Below, in pieces: positions 16,160-31,442 of a stretch of 64,000 bases of DNA. The stretch comes from the human T2T-CHM13v2.0 reference genome, Homo sapiens, in the NCBI RefSeq assembly GCF_009914755.1, contig NC_060930.1. The stretch is one strand, 5' to 3'. The notes beneath the pieces are model-generated. The model made no database searches. It was given only the letters and a program-made list of their open reading frames with translations, and had not been told where the DNA came from. The number at the start of each line of letters is the position of its first letter. The first letter of the stretch is position 1. Position numbers and translations under genes: made by a program.

Positions 16160-16842
16160 TCCACCAATTTTTGATCATACAATCTAATTTTTAAAATTGG
16201 GCCTGCATCCCCATCATATTTATATTTATCTATAAATTTTATATGTGTACACTTGTGAATACATGTAGCATTAATCATATTTATTAGTAACAGTAAAGCT
16301 TAATTTATTTGTTGTTTAGATTGAAACACAGATAGAAATAGAAGTTAAGATATTTTCTTCTTGCACACCAATGGATCATCTGTGTATCTACACATCTAAG
16401 GCCAAAGGACTCAGGAAGACCAGTTCTGTGAACTTTCAAAATTGGTTGGAAAAGGTATCTGAGATACTTGGTACGGGTAACAGTACACATTTTGTTCTCA
16501 AATCAGAAACAGGAGATTGGTACACTTGGCTGATACCAAATAAAGCTAAGGTTCTACAAAAAGAGTCCTTTAAAAATAGTGTTTGAAAAAAAATTGCATT
16601 CCTTGGTCCTATTTGACAAAATTCCCACAATTTTCTCCCTTTACCTTGGTCATACCTTATTTAAATGTCAAAACTGTCCATAAATCTTAAAACGCATTCT
16701 CAGTGCTATATACTAGGCAATGTGGAAAAATGCAAAAAAAACCCAAAAAAACAAAAAAATCCTCTGAATACAAATGCCTATCCTGAGTTTAGCTATCTTT
16801 GCTTTCCTGCCTGTGTCATGAGTGGGATGCACCCAGGGGTGA

Positions 16843-17243
16843 TGTCTTAGTCCATTTTGTGCTGTAATAACAGAATACCACAGACTGAGTGATTTACAAT
16901 TAATAGAAATGTCTTGGCTCACAGTTCTGGAGGCTGGGAAGCCCAAGACTGAGGAGCTGGCACCTGGTGGCTACATCATCCCATGGCAAGAGAGCAAGAG
17001 AGTGAGAGAGCAAGAGAGTGAGAGAGCGAGACAGCGAGAGAGGGAGAGAGAGAGAGTGCGTGTGTGTAAAAGAGGGCCAAACTCCCTTTTTATAACCAAC
17101 CTACTCCTGCAGTAACGGCATTAATTCATTCACTCTGCCCTCATGGCCTGATCATCTCTCATCAGGCCCCACCCCCGAACTCTGTTACAATGGGGATTAA
17201 TTTTCCAATACATGCTTTTTAGGGGACATAGTCAAACCATATC
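16843..17243 (-). mobile_element. MST-family MaLR solo LTR with an internal (GA)n tract
   Basis: tgtcttagtccattttgtgctg...ctcacagttctggaggctgggaag...caaaccatatca. Confidence 0.85.
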
Positions 17244-19214
17244 AGGGGGACTTTAACCACCTGCACTTGAAGAGAAAAGGAGAGGGCACTGAATTAGGTC
17301 TGTACTTCCTTTCTGAGACTTTAGAAGATATCAAGAGACCTGGCTCACTCCTTTCCTCCAGCAGCCTGTTCAGCGTGGCCCTTGAGCTTGACTCACAAAC
17401 AGCAGTGGAAAATAAGCAAGGGGAAGAACGTGCCTGCAGAGCCCAAAGTCAGCCTGTAGAGCTCAGGCTGGCAATCACTTTCACTCTGCTGCAGCAAGCA
17501 CCCCTGGGGCTGCTGCCCAAGGATCAACGCAGCAAACCAGCAGGAAGTGGAATAGTCAGCAGAAAGGGTCAAGGAAACCTATCCTTTGTCAGACAGGAGC
17601 TTTATTTCCACTCTGGTCCACAGCCTCAAAGGGCAGCTGCCTCACAGGGAGAGTATTTGACCAAATCCGGTTTGCACGTTTGAAATAAGAACTCCATTTA
17701 TTGCTCTCTGAAACCGAGTGCTAGAAGGCCCCATTCCCAGCAGCCTTGACACCCCCCGTCCCCTCCTACTGTGACAGTCCAGGTTGTTCCAGCTGCCCTG
17801 GCTGATGTCTGGCCCTCCAGGATGGATATGTGTCCAAGAAATCCCAGACCCATCCTCCACTTGGACGATTTTGCAAACCTTCACATAAGAACAGATTGCA
17901 CAAGCGGTATGTGTGAGGGCTGACGGAAGAAAAAGGGAAGAGCTCTTTCTGCTTATGACTGGGACGCTGTTATTCATCAAGCTCTGGTGTTTCAAGTGAG
18001 TTTTGTGGATGAGGAGGCCAAGTCATGTCAGCACTAGAAACCTCCCTGGCCTCAGTCATATGTGCTACCCCACCTCTTCCCCACAGCCCCTGCCATTCCT
18101 TTATGAGGACCCTCCCTGTTTCGTGCTTTCACAGAGTAAAGCTGCTGTGAGTGGTGCCTTGAGTCACACCCAGCTCACACTGCCCCACAGAATCTGACAC
18201 GAGGTCTGGGGTGAACTCTGTGGCCCTGGCCTCCATCTTCTGCCCTGCCCTTGCTTCCTGAGGTGGGCAGGAAGCGGGACTCGCGATGAGGGCTAGGCCC
18301 CGGCTTCTGGCAGTGGGGGAGTTTCTATCCTGCCCAAGGGGTTAGGGGAAGGAATGTTGGTCACATGAAATCCAGGGGCGGCTATGTAATGTGGGAGACA
18401 GCAAGCATCATGTTCCCACACTGTAAGTCATGATGACACTGTTAAAAACGACGGGTGGGTGGGGGAAAGTGAAAGAAAAAGAATAAGGGGGAACAGAAAC
18501 CAAAGTGAGGCATACAGAGGCATCAAGCAAGACTAACGGCCAAGGTACGAAGAGAGGCCAGGGGAAGGGGTGGCCTGGAAGGGAGTCAGGAAAAGGCAGA
18601 CGAATCAGACTGGGTAGGAGGAAAGGAATCAGGCCAAGGAAAACATAATGAGATGTGAAGAGAAGACACGATCATTTGGGGAGATGGCAGGGAATCTGCC
18701 ACCAAGTACATCAACACAGGGTGTTGAAGGCCGGGGCCAAGAACACCTTTGGGGCATCACCCCAGTACAGCATGGAGCAGCACCTGACTGTGAAATCTGT
18801 GTCTCTGCTTGCTGGAGGCCTAACTAAATTCAGATGGAAAGGGTCTGTGAGACTCTTAGAAGAATAGAAAGGGGGATGGAAGTAGAGGGAAAAGACCAGA
18901 GAGACCCATCTGTGCTTCACAGCTCTTCACGAGTTCATTCCCAAGCAGGCTTTGCCTGTGGTCTTGTGGGTGATGCAAAAAATTAAGAAAATAAATAAAA
19001 ATTTTAAAATAGGATCTTTGGCTTTTGTTCTCATAACCTAGGAGAGGGAACAGGTGCACATACACAAAGCACCAAGCAGCAACAATTTTATTGAGACTGT
19101 TCAGAGGACACAGTAACAGAATACTGGTTGAATGAATAAATGAAGACCAAAGAAAGGAAATGCAGAAAGGCTTTCTTGACCATGTCATTTGTCATTTTAA
19201 AAAATGCAGGAATT

Positions 19215-19542
<328 letters not shown>

Positions 19543-19959
19543 TCAAAATGGATGAAAAATTCAAAAATGGACCAAGAAGGTACAATACCCAGGCTTGACA
19601 ATAGCATAGCACAGGTTCTGAATCAAAGCAGAGAGCAGGAGGCATAGCTGCCAATTCTAGTCTTCTGGGTGAGCTGAATCTGCCTAGACATGGTATTTAA
19701 CACCTTAAAAAAAATTTACCCCCTAGGAATCATATTTAGTATATAAAAGGCAACAAGGAAAGACTGGTTAGATGGCCCTAGAGGAGGCCAGTTTGCTAGC
19801 ATGGAAGCAAGGCTTTCCTGAGGCTGCTGGTTTGGACAGAGACAGATGTTGGAAGACCACTGAAGAGCAAAGATCAGGTGAGTAACCTAGATTGGCAGGA
19901 GGCCAGATGCAAGAGGAGAGTGGTTGTATATGTGTGTGTCAAAGAGGCAAGGGCATTCA

Positions 19960-20238
<279 letters not shown>

Positions 20239-20363
20239 GGAAAAATTGATAGTGAAGATGATGATTACAACAACTAACATTTGAGTGCAAACTGTGTGCC
20301 AGGTGATGTTCTAAGCACTTTACATATATTAGTTTATATAATCTTCACTACCACTCCCTGAAG

Positions 20364-20742
<379 letters not shown>

Positions 20743-21804
20743 TAGCCCAGGACTCTAACATTAAACTCTACAACTCTCTCTGAAGTCATGAAAAATTTAA
20801 TGTCTCTTTCTTTAGCTGTAAACATCTGTCCTCTAACCTGCCTATATAAGAGACATTGCTGATGATTAAACCTTTGTGAAGAGACTGACTGTGTTGTCAT
20901 TATGAGAGTGTTAGCATTATTATAAGGCAATGCTTTTTCCAGAAATACTAAATAGATGCTCACATTCTCATGCAATACCACAAGGCCTTTAAGAAGTTTA
21001 CAGAGGCTCATCAACTAAAGAACCCTCCTGTGTGCTCACAATAGACAATAATGCCAAAGGAATCCTCTCTCAAAAGAAGAAAGGTCTCTTTCTGACACCC
21101 TCTTGCAATTCTTTCAAGGTTTGGGGGATGGCACACTTCTTTCTTATAAAATGGTTCCCCACTGAGAATAATAGCTAGGCTCTTGTCCTTACAAGAGCCT
21201 CTTCCACAAGGGCCAAACCGGAGGACCAAGCCACCTCAGAAATGGGGTTTTGAATCTGGGAGGCAGCAGATAGAGAAATAGATAGCGAATACATCTGTTT
21301 TCACAAGAGCCTGTTGTTCTCTGTACTAACTGCTATAAAAACGACATGAAACTAGCCACACATTAGTTTTGGTTCTCGTGACTAAATCAAGGAATGGCAT
21401 GATGGTGCTGTGTCATTAGAAATGAAACCAGTTCTTAAGCGAGAGAATAGGGCCAATATTTTAATAACCCGAACAATTTCATAGAAAAATCAAAGCTGAA
21501 ACTTCAACACCCTAGCCCTGAACACCTGCTGCTTAAGTTGGTTCTGAACCAGTGAAACTATCTTGTCATGAAGACATGGGATGGGCCCTGACTTGCCCAA
21601 CACTCATGGTGGCTGGGGACATCTTCTTTCCATCTGCTGCCCTGCTAAAGTGGAAACGGGGGCTCAATCTTGGCTTCGACAATGCTGACTGTATTTGGCA
21701 CTTTAAGAAAAGTACCTCATATTCAATTATTATTTTTTTCAAATACGTAACCTTATATATTTTGATACATATGACGTATCCTCTAATATATGAATTTGGC
21801 CTTC

Positions 21805-21915
21805 CCTGAGGTATTATCATCCACGTTTTTTCAGATGAAGAAACTGAGACTTAAAGACCTAACTAAGTAACTTAGCTAGAAGCAGGCAGAGCTGGGCTTC
21901 TGAACAAAAGTGTTC
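21805..21915 (-). mobile_element. MIR fragment
   Basis: ttttcagatgaagaaactgagac...taagtaactt. Confidence 0.65.
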
Positions 21916-22009
21916 TTATCTGTATCTGCACCACCTCGAATTTGGCCTGCATCACAATAATAATGATGTTGAGGTAGCAAACATTCGTAAGTTGCCTCCC
22001 GCCACATCC

Positions 22010-22550
22010 ACTGCCCCTTCTCCTGCCACAGCACCCAGATATTACCTGGAGGCAACCCTCTCCTCCGCACTGCCTCCCCCTTCTCTGGCAGGTGGATACA
22101 GCCAGCTCCTAGGGGTGGGTCCTCCTGCGCTTCGGTCAATCAGAGCACCCATCATCTGGCCGGGTGATTGGCTCAGGGGTGGGCATATGGGCTGATTCAG
22201 GCCAATGAGGTTTGAGGAAACGTTCACTTGCGCTTCTGGGAAAAAGCTTCCTCAGTCCTCTGTTGTAACACAGGGGAGACAATCCCTCTTTTCCTGGCTG
22301 ATGTATTGGAGAACACAGAAAGCCCAAAATCCCTCAGCCATTCGTCCCACCAAGAGAAGTGCCAGCCTGAGCAAGAAGCCAGCACACAGAAGAGGCAGCC
22401 CTTATGAACAAAACAGACCTGGCGCTGGGATCATGAAGAGGGTGTAAATTCCAGATCAAGCTGTGGAGTTTTCAGGCTGTGAGCCAATGCAATCCCTTGG
22501 TTGGCTTAAGCTGGCTTGCGTTTGATTTTCTGTCGCGTGGAAATCCTTAA
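22010..22550 (+). mobile_element. Old MLT1/ERVL-type LTR
   Basis: gtgattggctcaggggtgggcatatg...ggccaatgag; end tgtgagccaat...gcttaagctggctt...ttttctgtc. Confidence 0.55.
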
Positions 22551-22834
22551 CCAGTATGAACACTGTTGGTGCCGCTCCCAGTAACATCTGATTGTTGCTT
22601 TGGTTTCTCAATCAATAGCATAAAACCCATTTGACAAAAATGACTAATCCTCCAAAATTCATCAGCATTTCTGGAGCACAGCCATCTCTGATGCCCACCT
22701 GACTTTCCAGACAGGACCCTCGTTTTTCTATTCCTGAGGTCTGGCTTCTTCGGTTTTCTGCTCTGGTATAGCTCAGTCTAGGTCATTTCTCCTCCGGGTT
22801 CCACCAGTGACAAGTGACAGCTGCACTCTGCTGA

Positions 22835-23245
<411 letters not shown>

Positions 23246-23739
23246 TAAAACCAGGTGGGAGAAAGTTCTTTGGAACACATTAGCTACATACACGATTACC
23301 TCACCAGCTCTCTATCAGAATGCTGAATCCCAAAAGTGTTGGGACCATTCTGAAGATCTCTATTTGCTGTTGGCCGATTCTCCCAAAGGTTCAGAGATTT
23401 GGCATCAAAGATTATAAAGTCATATAGAATTGAGAATCTGTAATAAAAACTGGTTTTTGCGATTCTACTCAATCTCAGTTTCTCTAGGAAAATTCTGTTA
23501 TTTCCACTTCTGGCCAATATGACTAAGCACCGAGGTGGAAACACAGCCTAAAGAGTTGAAAGAGCCCTGTTACTACCCTCTGTAGTCTGATGTGAGAAAG
23601 AAAACATAAATAAATATGGTGGGGCTAGATGTGTAAAGGGGGTCCCTGTTTCCCTCTCCATTTCCCCCATATTCAATCTATCAGCGAGGCCATTTTCCAA
23701 ATGTGTCTTAACTCATCTATCTATATGTTTACTAGAATC

Positions 23740-24700
23740 GTGTAACTTATTCACTCCATCAATGTGTATGTTGAAGGTCTACAGTGTTCCCCACATTGTT
23801 CCAGTGGCTGGGAGAACCAGATTGACAATGGGATGTGAGCTGCACATTCTAGGGACTCTTCTTGCTTGGACCAACATAAGTGCCTTCCTACTGAATGCCC
23901 CCTGCTTCCTCTTTTCCTGTCTCCCCCTATTCTCCACTTTGTAGCCTAAAGGGTCTTTTCAAACCATCACCACTTCCTTGTTAAATGGCTTCCCATCACT
24001 CCTTAAGCGAAATACTCTGCATCCTCCTAGCCCTGCTGGGCAGCTGCGTGCCTCCTGCGTCTTTGGCCTCTTTTCACATCCCATGTTCATACCTCACAAG
24101 CGCCTCCTTTCAGATCCTTAAGCATGTGCAAGGTTATTTTCTTTTCAGAGCTTTCAATCTGCTTTTATTTCTGCCTAAAACAGTAGATTTCAAACTTTTG
24201 GGGGCCATAATTCCCATTAAGAAATATATTTTATATAATGAACCAGTAAATACATCAACACATACCTATACATAAAAGGAAAAAGTGTTTTATAATACTT
24301 CTGATATTTTCTATTCCTTTTTTTTAGAAAAGGTAGTCATGACCCACTGACTGCAATTTGGAAACACTCCTTCCTCTGTTCTTTAAAAGGCTGGTTCTTT
24401 CTCATCTTTCAGCTTTCTACCTAAATGTCAGCCACTTACAGGGGCTTTCTCCAACCACCTGATCTAAACCAGGCGCCTGACTGGGGTTATTTTTATTCTC
24501 AGCCCCTTGTCCCTTCTCTTTAGGGAATGTATTAGAGTTGTAATGAAATATTTCATTGTTGAGATTTGCTCTTTGTCTACCTTACATGGTTGGCTTTTGA
24601 AGGCAGGGACTTTATCTGCTTTGTTCCCCATTGTATATCCAGCATGGGTTCAATAATTAGCATCAGAGTAGGATACAAATATTCATTGACTGACTGAGTT
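23740..24700. mobile_element. L2 fragments
   Basis: L2 3' motifs such as gaaggcagggactttatctgctttgttccccattgtatatccagca...aaatattcattgactgact. Confidence 0.55.
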
Positions 24701-24754
24701 AGTGAGTGGGTATGTGATGCTGAGGCCTGGATTTAAAAATAAGACTCCCCAGTA

Positions 24755-26062
24755 AAAAGAATCAGTCTCTTGGAGAAATGGCCAATTCTAAGGCTGGAGC
24801 AAGAAATATACAAGTAGTGCTAGAAAGTAAGGAAGTGCTCAGAAAACAAAAGGAAGGGGGCATGTGAAAGGCACAGGAGCCAAGCTGAAAGCTCCCAATG
24901 GCCAAAGCCAGAACAATCTGAGCAACAAATAACCAACCTACAATCAGATTATAACCCCAAACATTATTCATGAAAGTTCATATTGATAGAAACAAATGGT
25001 TTGCTAAATAATGGAAGAGATAAATCTTCTTTACAGAAGAATTTCAAATAATTAATGCAGATACAGGTTGTGCATCCCTAATCTGAAAACCCAAAATCCA
25101 AAATGCTGCCAAATCTGAAACTTTTTGAGTGATATCACAAATGGAAAATTCCACACCTGACCTCATGTGACAAGTCGCAGTCAAATGCACTCGAAACTTT
25201 GTTTCATTCACAAAATTATGTAAAATACTGTATAAAATTACTGTCAGGGAATGTGTATAAGATGTACACAAAACACAAATGAATTTTGGGTTTAGACTTG
25301 GGTCCCAGCCCCAATATATCTCATCATGTATGTGCAAATATTCCAAAATCCAAACAAATCTGAAATCTGAAGCACTTCTAGTCCTAAGCATTTTGGATAA
25401 GGGATACACAACCTTTACTACCCTCAAGGAGATATAGCTTATTCTCCCCATCCCACCCTACCCTCTTGAGGGGAGGAAGTACTGCACTTAGCGATTTCCT
25501 TCTGAACAATGGAGTAGGGAAACAGTGGGGGAACCTGGCAAACAGTACCTTGGCCAGGCGTTCAAGGTGGACTTCCCTAGTGATGTTCATGTGATACCAT
25601 GTCCTGACAATGTGATGTGATGAGCAGGGCATTTCACCTCTGTGGTCTTCCTCTCAATAACCCATAAACCCAGTGTGACATGAAACAAGCATCAAACTCA
25701 AATAGAGGGACATTCTACAAAATACCTGACGAGTACTCCTCACATCTGTCAAAGCTTCATTAAAAATAACTAGAACCCGTCAAAGAAGACAGAGATTAAG
25801 AAGACATGACAACTACACACAATGTGGTGTCCTAGATGGAACTCTGGACAGAAAAAGGAAATTAGTGAAGAAACTAAGGAAATCAGAATAAAATATGGAC
25901 TTTAGTTATTAATAATGTATCAGTACTAGTGCATTAACTGTGACAAATGTACTAACGTTAGATCCTAGCAAAAGGGAGAGCTGGGTAAGAGGTATGTGTG
26001 AACTCTCTTACTATCTTTGAAACTTTTCTGTAAATATAAAACTGTTCTAAAATTAAAAGTTT
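24755..26062 (+). mobile_element. L1MC-like 3' fragment
   Basis: aaatagagggacattctacaaaatacctgac, gacatgacaact...aatgtggtgtcct, tgtaaatataaaactgttctaaaat. Confidence 0.7.
25064..25415. mobile_element. Tigger4-family (Tc1/mariner) MITE inserted in L1
   Basis: TIRs caggttgtgcatcccta / taagggatacacaacct, flanked by TA. Confidence 0.85.
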
Positions 26063-26364
<302 letters not shown>

Positions 26365-27959
26365 TCACTTAAAAAAAGTTGAGCCTTATTAACAAGAGCA
26401 GGACCTTCATTCAGTTGGTTTTATGGAGCACCCACAAAGCACTACAAATCCTGCTGGGCACAAAGATACTTAAAAACACTTGGAAGATGCATAGATGAAT
26501 TTAGACAAGGAAAGACATCTTGGGTGGTGAAAATCATGAGCAAAGCACAGGGCTTTACAGGTTGCGGGGGCAGAGGGCGAGCAGAGAGACAGAGAGAGAG
26601 AGAGAAAGGAGTATGAGAGAAAGTGATGACAAGAATGAGAAAGAGACAGACTAGTTGGTTTTGTAAGGTGGAGTCTGATATTCCCCACTGAATGTAAGCT
26701 CCACGAAGGCAGGAACCTTGTCTATCTTTAATCATCATATCACTAGTACCTAGAACTGTACCTGGAACATAGTAAATGTTTAAAAATATGTGTTGACTAG
26801 ATGAGTGACTGGAGAAATGGATAAGGAGTGCCTACTGGAAGCCCCACTTGAACCTCAGAGCCAATTTTTTTATGTTAGGTCTCTCAGATGCCTGCTGGAT
26901 TTGCATTTTTGTACACAGTAATTATGTTTGCATCATTAGAAAGCATGCAAATGTTAGCACTGCTTTTGAATGGCCCTAATGTTCAACCACAGGTATGAAA
27001 GTCCTAGGACATAAACTTAGTTCCCTGAAGCACTTCTTGATGGTGTTAATGGGTAGGTCTGCTGACAAGCAGAAGTGACTGGCATCTTCTCCCAGCTGTG
27101 TTCTAGTGTTCTGTGAAAACCAGCAGGGACTCAGCACCATGGGATGGAGTTAGCAGAGGCTTCAAAGCTTTCCAGATGGTCTCTGGAAATGTAAGGAGAC
27201 AGTTTAGAGGGACGCTGAATTGCCCTGCAGGCATCCAGACATTCCTCCTTAATGGTCCTAAATGCTAAACATATTCACTTACATATAACTTTATAAAAAA
27301 TATTCAAATGTTGGAAAAATTTTGAAGAACCATGCCCAGTTATGCAGCTATCAACAATAACAGGGTAAATTATGTGCACCAATATGAAATAATATCTAAA
27401 ATATACAAAGTGAAAAAAAGAATTTCTAGAACAGTGAGTATAGTATGTAACTATCCTGTCTGTGCACATGCGCACATGCATAAACACATGTCACAATGCC
27501 TAGCAGCTCTCTGAAAAATATACAAGAAACTGGTTAACACAAGGGAGTTCTGAGAAGAAGGGACAGGATGGAGGGAGGGAGAGAGAGAGAGAGAGAGAGA
27601 CTTTCACTTTTGAATTTTGCACATGTACTACCTATTTGAAACTAAAACATAAATTAAAAAGAATGATTCCAAAGGAAGAAAACTTTGAATTTTGGCTACA
27701 GGTTACAGGAAACTCTTTCTTTTGATTTATGCTTGAATTCTCTTTGAGCCTTTTGCTTTCTGTGAGATCTAGCACATGGTTTGATAGGTAGGCCAATGAG
27801 CCTGTGAAGAGCTCATTTTAATATCGTCTTCGAATGAGGTTTTAGATGAAGTGCCAGAAATGCACTACGACTGAAATCATGATTAATAAATTCTAAACTA
27901 GGAATTCATTAAAGAGATAAATCCTACAGTTACGCTGTAAATAGCACACTTGCATAACA

Positions 27960-28290
27960 CAGTCATGGGCTACATAATAACACTTGGGTCAATGACAAAC
28001 TGCATGCATGACAGTGATCCCATAAGATTATACTACTATATTTTTACTGTACCTTTCTATGTTTAGATACAAAAATACTTACCACTGTGTTACCATTGCC
28101 TACAATATTCAGTACAGTAACATGCTGCACAGGTTTGTAGCCTAGGAGCCATGGGCTAGACCAGGTATCTCAGGTGTGTAGTAGGCTATACCATCTATGT
28201 TTGTGTATGTTCATTCTATGATGCTCACACGACGAAATCGCCTCATGATGCATTTCTCAGAACGTATCCTCATTAACTGACACGTGACTA
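27960..28290. mobile_element. Tigger3-family MITE
   Basis: cagtcatg...cccataagattata...tttttactgtacctttctatgtttagata...catttctcagaacgtatc...gtgact. Confidence 0.8.
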
Positions 28291-28645
28291 TATGGTGCTT
28301 TTCTGTTAAGCATTACTTTGTTTAATGTAAATATTTTAAAATCATCTCTAAACCATTAGTAATGAATCATACTAACACCCACAAAATATTTTAAGAAAAT
28401 ATTTCTTTTTAAAATTCCTTTTGAATCAACATAGATCTCTCAAATAAGTAATTATCAACAAAAATAGATCTCTCAAATAAATGATTAGTAATTAACTACA
28501 GATAAGTATTTCATCAATATCATATTATGCATTTAAGCAATTTTCTATTTTCTCACATTCCAAAAACAATACAGTTTCAAATGCCAAAGAAAACTCCTTC
28601 TTGCTTAGTATTGAGGGAATGAATGCTTGAGATAAACATTAAGCA

Positions 28646-28781
28646 TTTTTAATTTTAACTTTTTAGAGACAGGGTCTTGCTATGTTGCCCAGGCTCACCT
28701 CGAACTCCTGGGCTTAAGGGATCCTCCCACCTCGGCCCCCAGAGTATCTGGGACTGCTGGCATGCACCACTGCACCTGGCT
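28646..28781 (-). mobile_element. FLAM (Alu monomer)
   Basis: Single antisense monomer. Confidence 0.8.
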
Positions 28782-29100
28782 CACATAAGTGTTTTGTTAT
28801 TTAAAACTAGAATGCATTTGTGAGATGTATTTTGATCACATTTCATCTAGCTTCAGGAGAAAAGATGTTCAATTTTTCTTACGGATTTCACTACAAGGTT
28901 AAGCCAAATGTAAAACATTTATATTCAGTTGCCAATTTAAAAAGGAGGGGAAAAAAAAAGTTTAATGGATGTAAGAATGAAAAAAATCTAAGACCCGCAG
29001 CTTGGGTGTTTGTAGGAAATGATTTTAGGCCCTGACCCACCTAATTAATCAAAATCTTGCAAGTGCTAATTCCAATGTCTGTTAAGGCTTGAGAATCTCA

Positions 29101-29424
29101 GGCTGGGCGCGGTGGCTCACACCTGTAATCCCAGCACTTTCGGAGGCGGAGGCGGGTGGATCACGAGGTCAGGAGATCGAGACCAGCCTGGCCAACATGG
29201 TGAAGCCCTGTCTCTACTAAAAATACAAAAAAAATTAGCTGGGTGTGGTGACACATGCCTGTTAATCCCAGCTACTCAGGAGGCTGAGGCAGGAGAATTG
29301 CTTGAACCTGGGAGGCGGAGATTGCAGTGAGCTGAGAGCTGAGATCATGGATGATTGCAGTGAGCTGAGATCACGCCACTGCACTCCAGCCTGGCGACAG
29401 AGCAAGACTCTCTCTCAAAAAAAA
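29101..29424 (+). mobile_element. AluS with an internal tandem duplication
   Basis: Full Alu; gattgcagtgagctgaga present twice; TSD gagaatctc. Confidence 0.93.
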
Positions 29425-29603
29425 GTTCGAGAATCTCCGGGCTAAGAAACCTTTACTATGTTCAAATTCAGGTTATATTCTTAGTGAACCTTGTATATAA
29501 TCTTTAGTAATAAGAACGGTGTGATTTTTTGGACACCAACTTATCAAGAATGACTGTAATAATCGTTTACATCCTCCTTCTTACTTGTGAAACATTCTTC
29601 CTC

Positions 29604-30161
<558 letters not shown>

Positions 30162-30615
30162 TAGTTTGTGAATTCTTTCTTTAGCATGATTGTCTCAAAG
30201 ATCTGCCCTTCTTCCTCTTTCTGTCCCCCAAGCATAGGTAGTCCCCTCAGGTCAGTCCAAGGGCTCCTCTTCTCTTTCTACTCTATACTTTTATTATGTG
30301 CCACCCCTCCCACTTCAAAGGTCACCTCCAGGCAGAAAACTTCCCAGACAGAATCTTCAGCCCTGTCCTTTTCACTGGAACTCCAAGCCTCTCATTGTGT
30401 TCATTCATTTAATAAAGGCTTGTGACATGCCATTGCACTGTGTTAAGCATTGGTGAAAACACAGCAGACCAAGTCCCTGTCCTCACAGAACTTACAGCAT
30501 ACCACAAAACACAGATATGGGGCAATTAATACAAATGGGAATGAGCTAGGGGAGCTAGGTCATTCTAGCTCAAATCTAGCTCAAATCTAGTTCTAACCAA
30601 ATCTAGTTCAGGAAG

Positions 30616-30806
30616 TAGGGTTTCCAGAGAAAATACAGAATACTCAGTTGAAGCTGAATTTCAGAAAAACAACAAATTCTTTTTAGTACGAATATGTACC
30701 AAATATTGCACAGGATATACTTACACTAAAGTTACTTCTAGTTTATCTGAAATTCAACTTCACCTGGGTGTCTTGTATTTTTATCTGCTATGTTGTGGCA
30801 ACCCTA
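30616..30806. mobile_element. MER53 (hAT MITE, palindromic)
   Basis: tagggtttccaga...tggcaacccta termini, internal palindrome, 8 bp TSD tcaggaag/ccaggaag. Confidence 0.85.
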
Positions 30807-31136
30807 CCAGGAAGGAGTTGGCCAGTTGGAAAGTCCAGGGGAATTGAGGGAAAAAATGATTAGAAATTAGTAAGCAAAAGGAAGTGGAGAGACATTCAAG
30901 GGAGGAAACAGTAGAGGCAAGAGTTTGGAACGAGGGACAGTATTGTGTTTGACACTCTGAAAGAGGCGTGGTGTGCTGGATCATGAAGAAGAGGAAGAGA
31001 ATTGGAGAAAAAAACATCTAGTGGGGAGGATCCAGAGCTTGCAAAGCTTTTTATCATGGTAAGGATTTTGGATTTCATACTAATGGCAAAAGGAATCCAT
31101 CTAAAGATTTCAAACAGCAGAGAAAAAGTGGACCTT

Positions 31137-31442
<306 letters not shown>

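Noticed and set aside
21415-21560. Three GAAAC IRF half-sites close together
   Set aside because: None forms a full GAAANNGAAA element; expected by chance in A-rich sequence.
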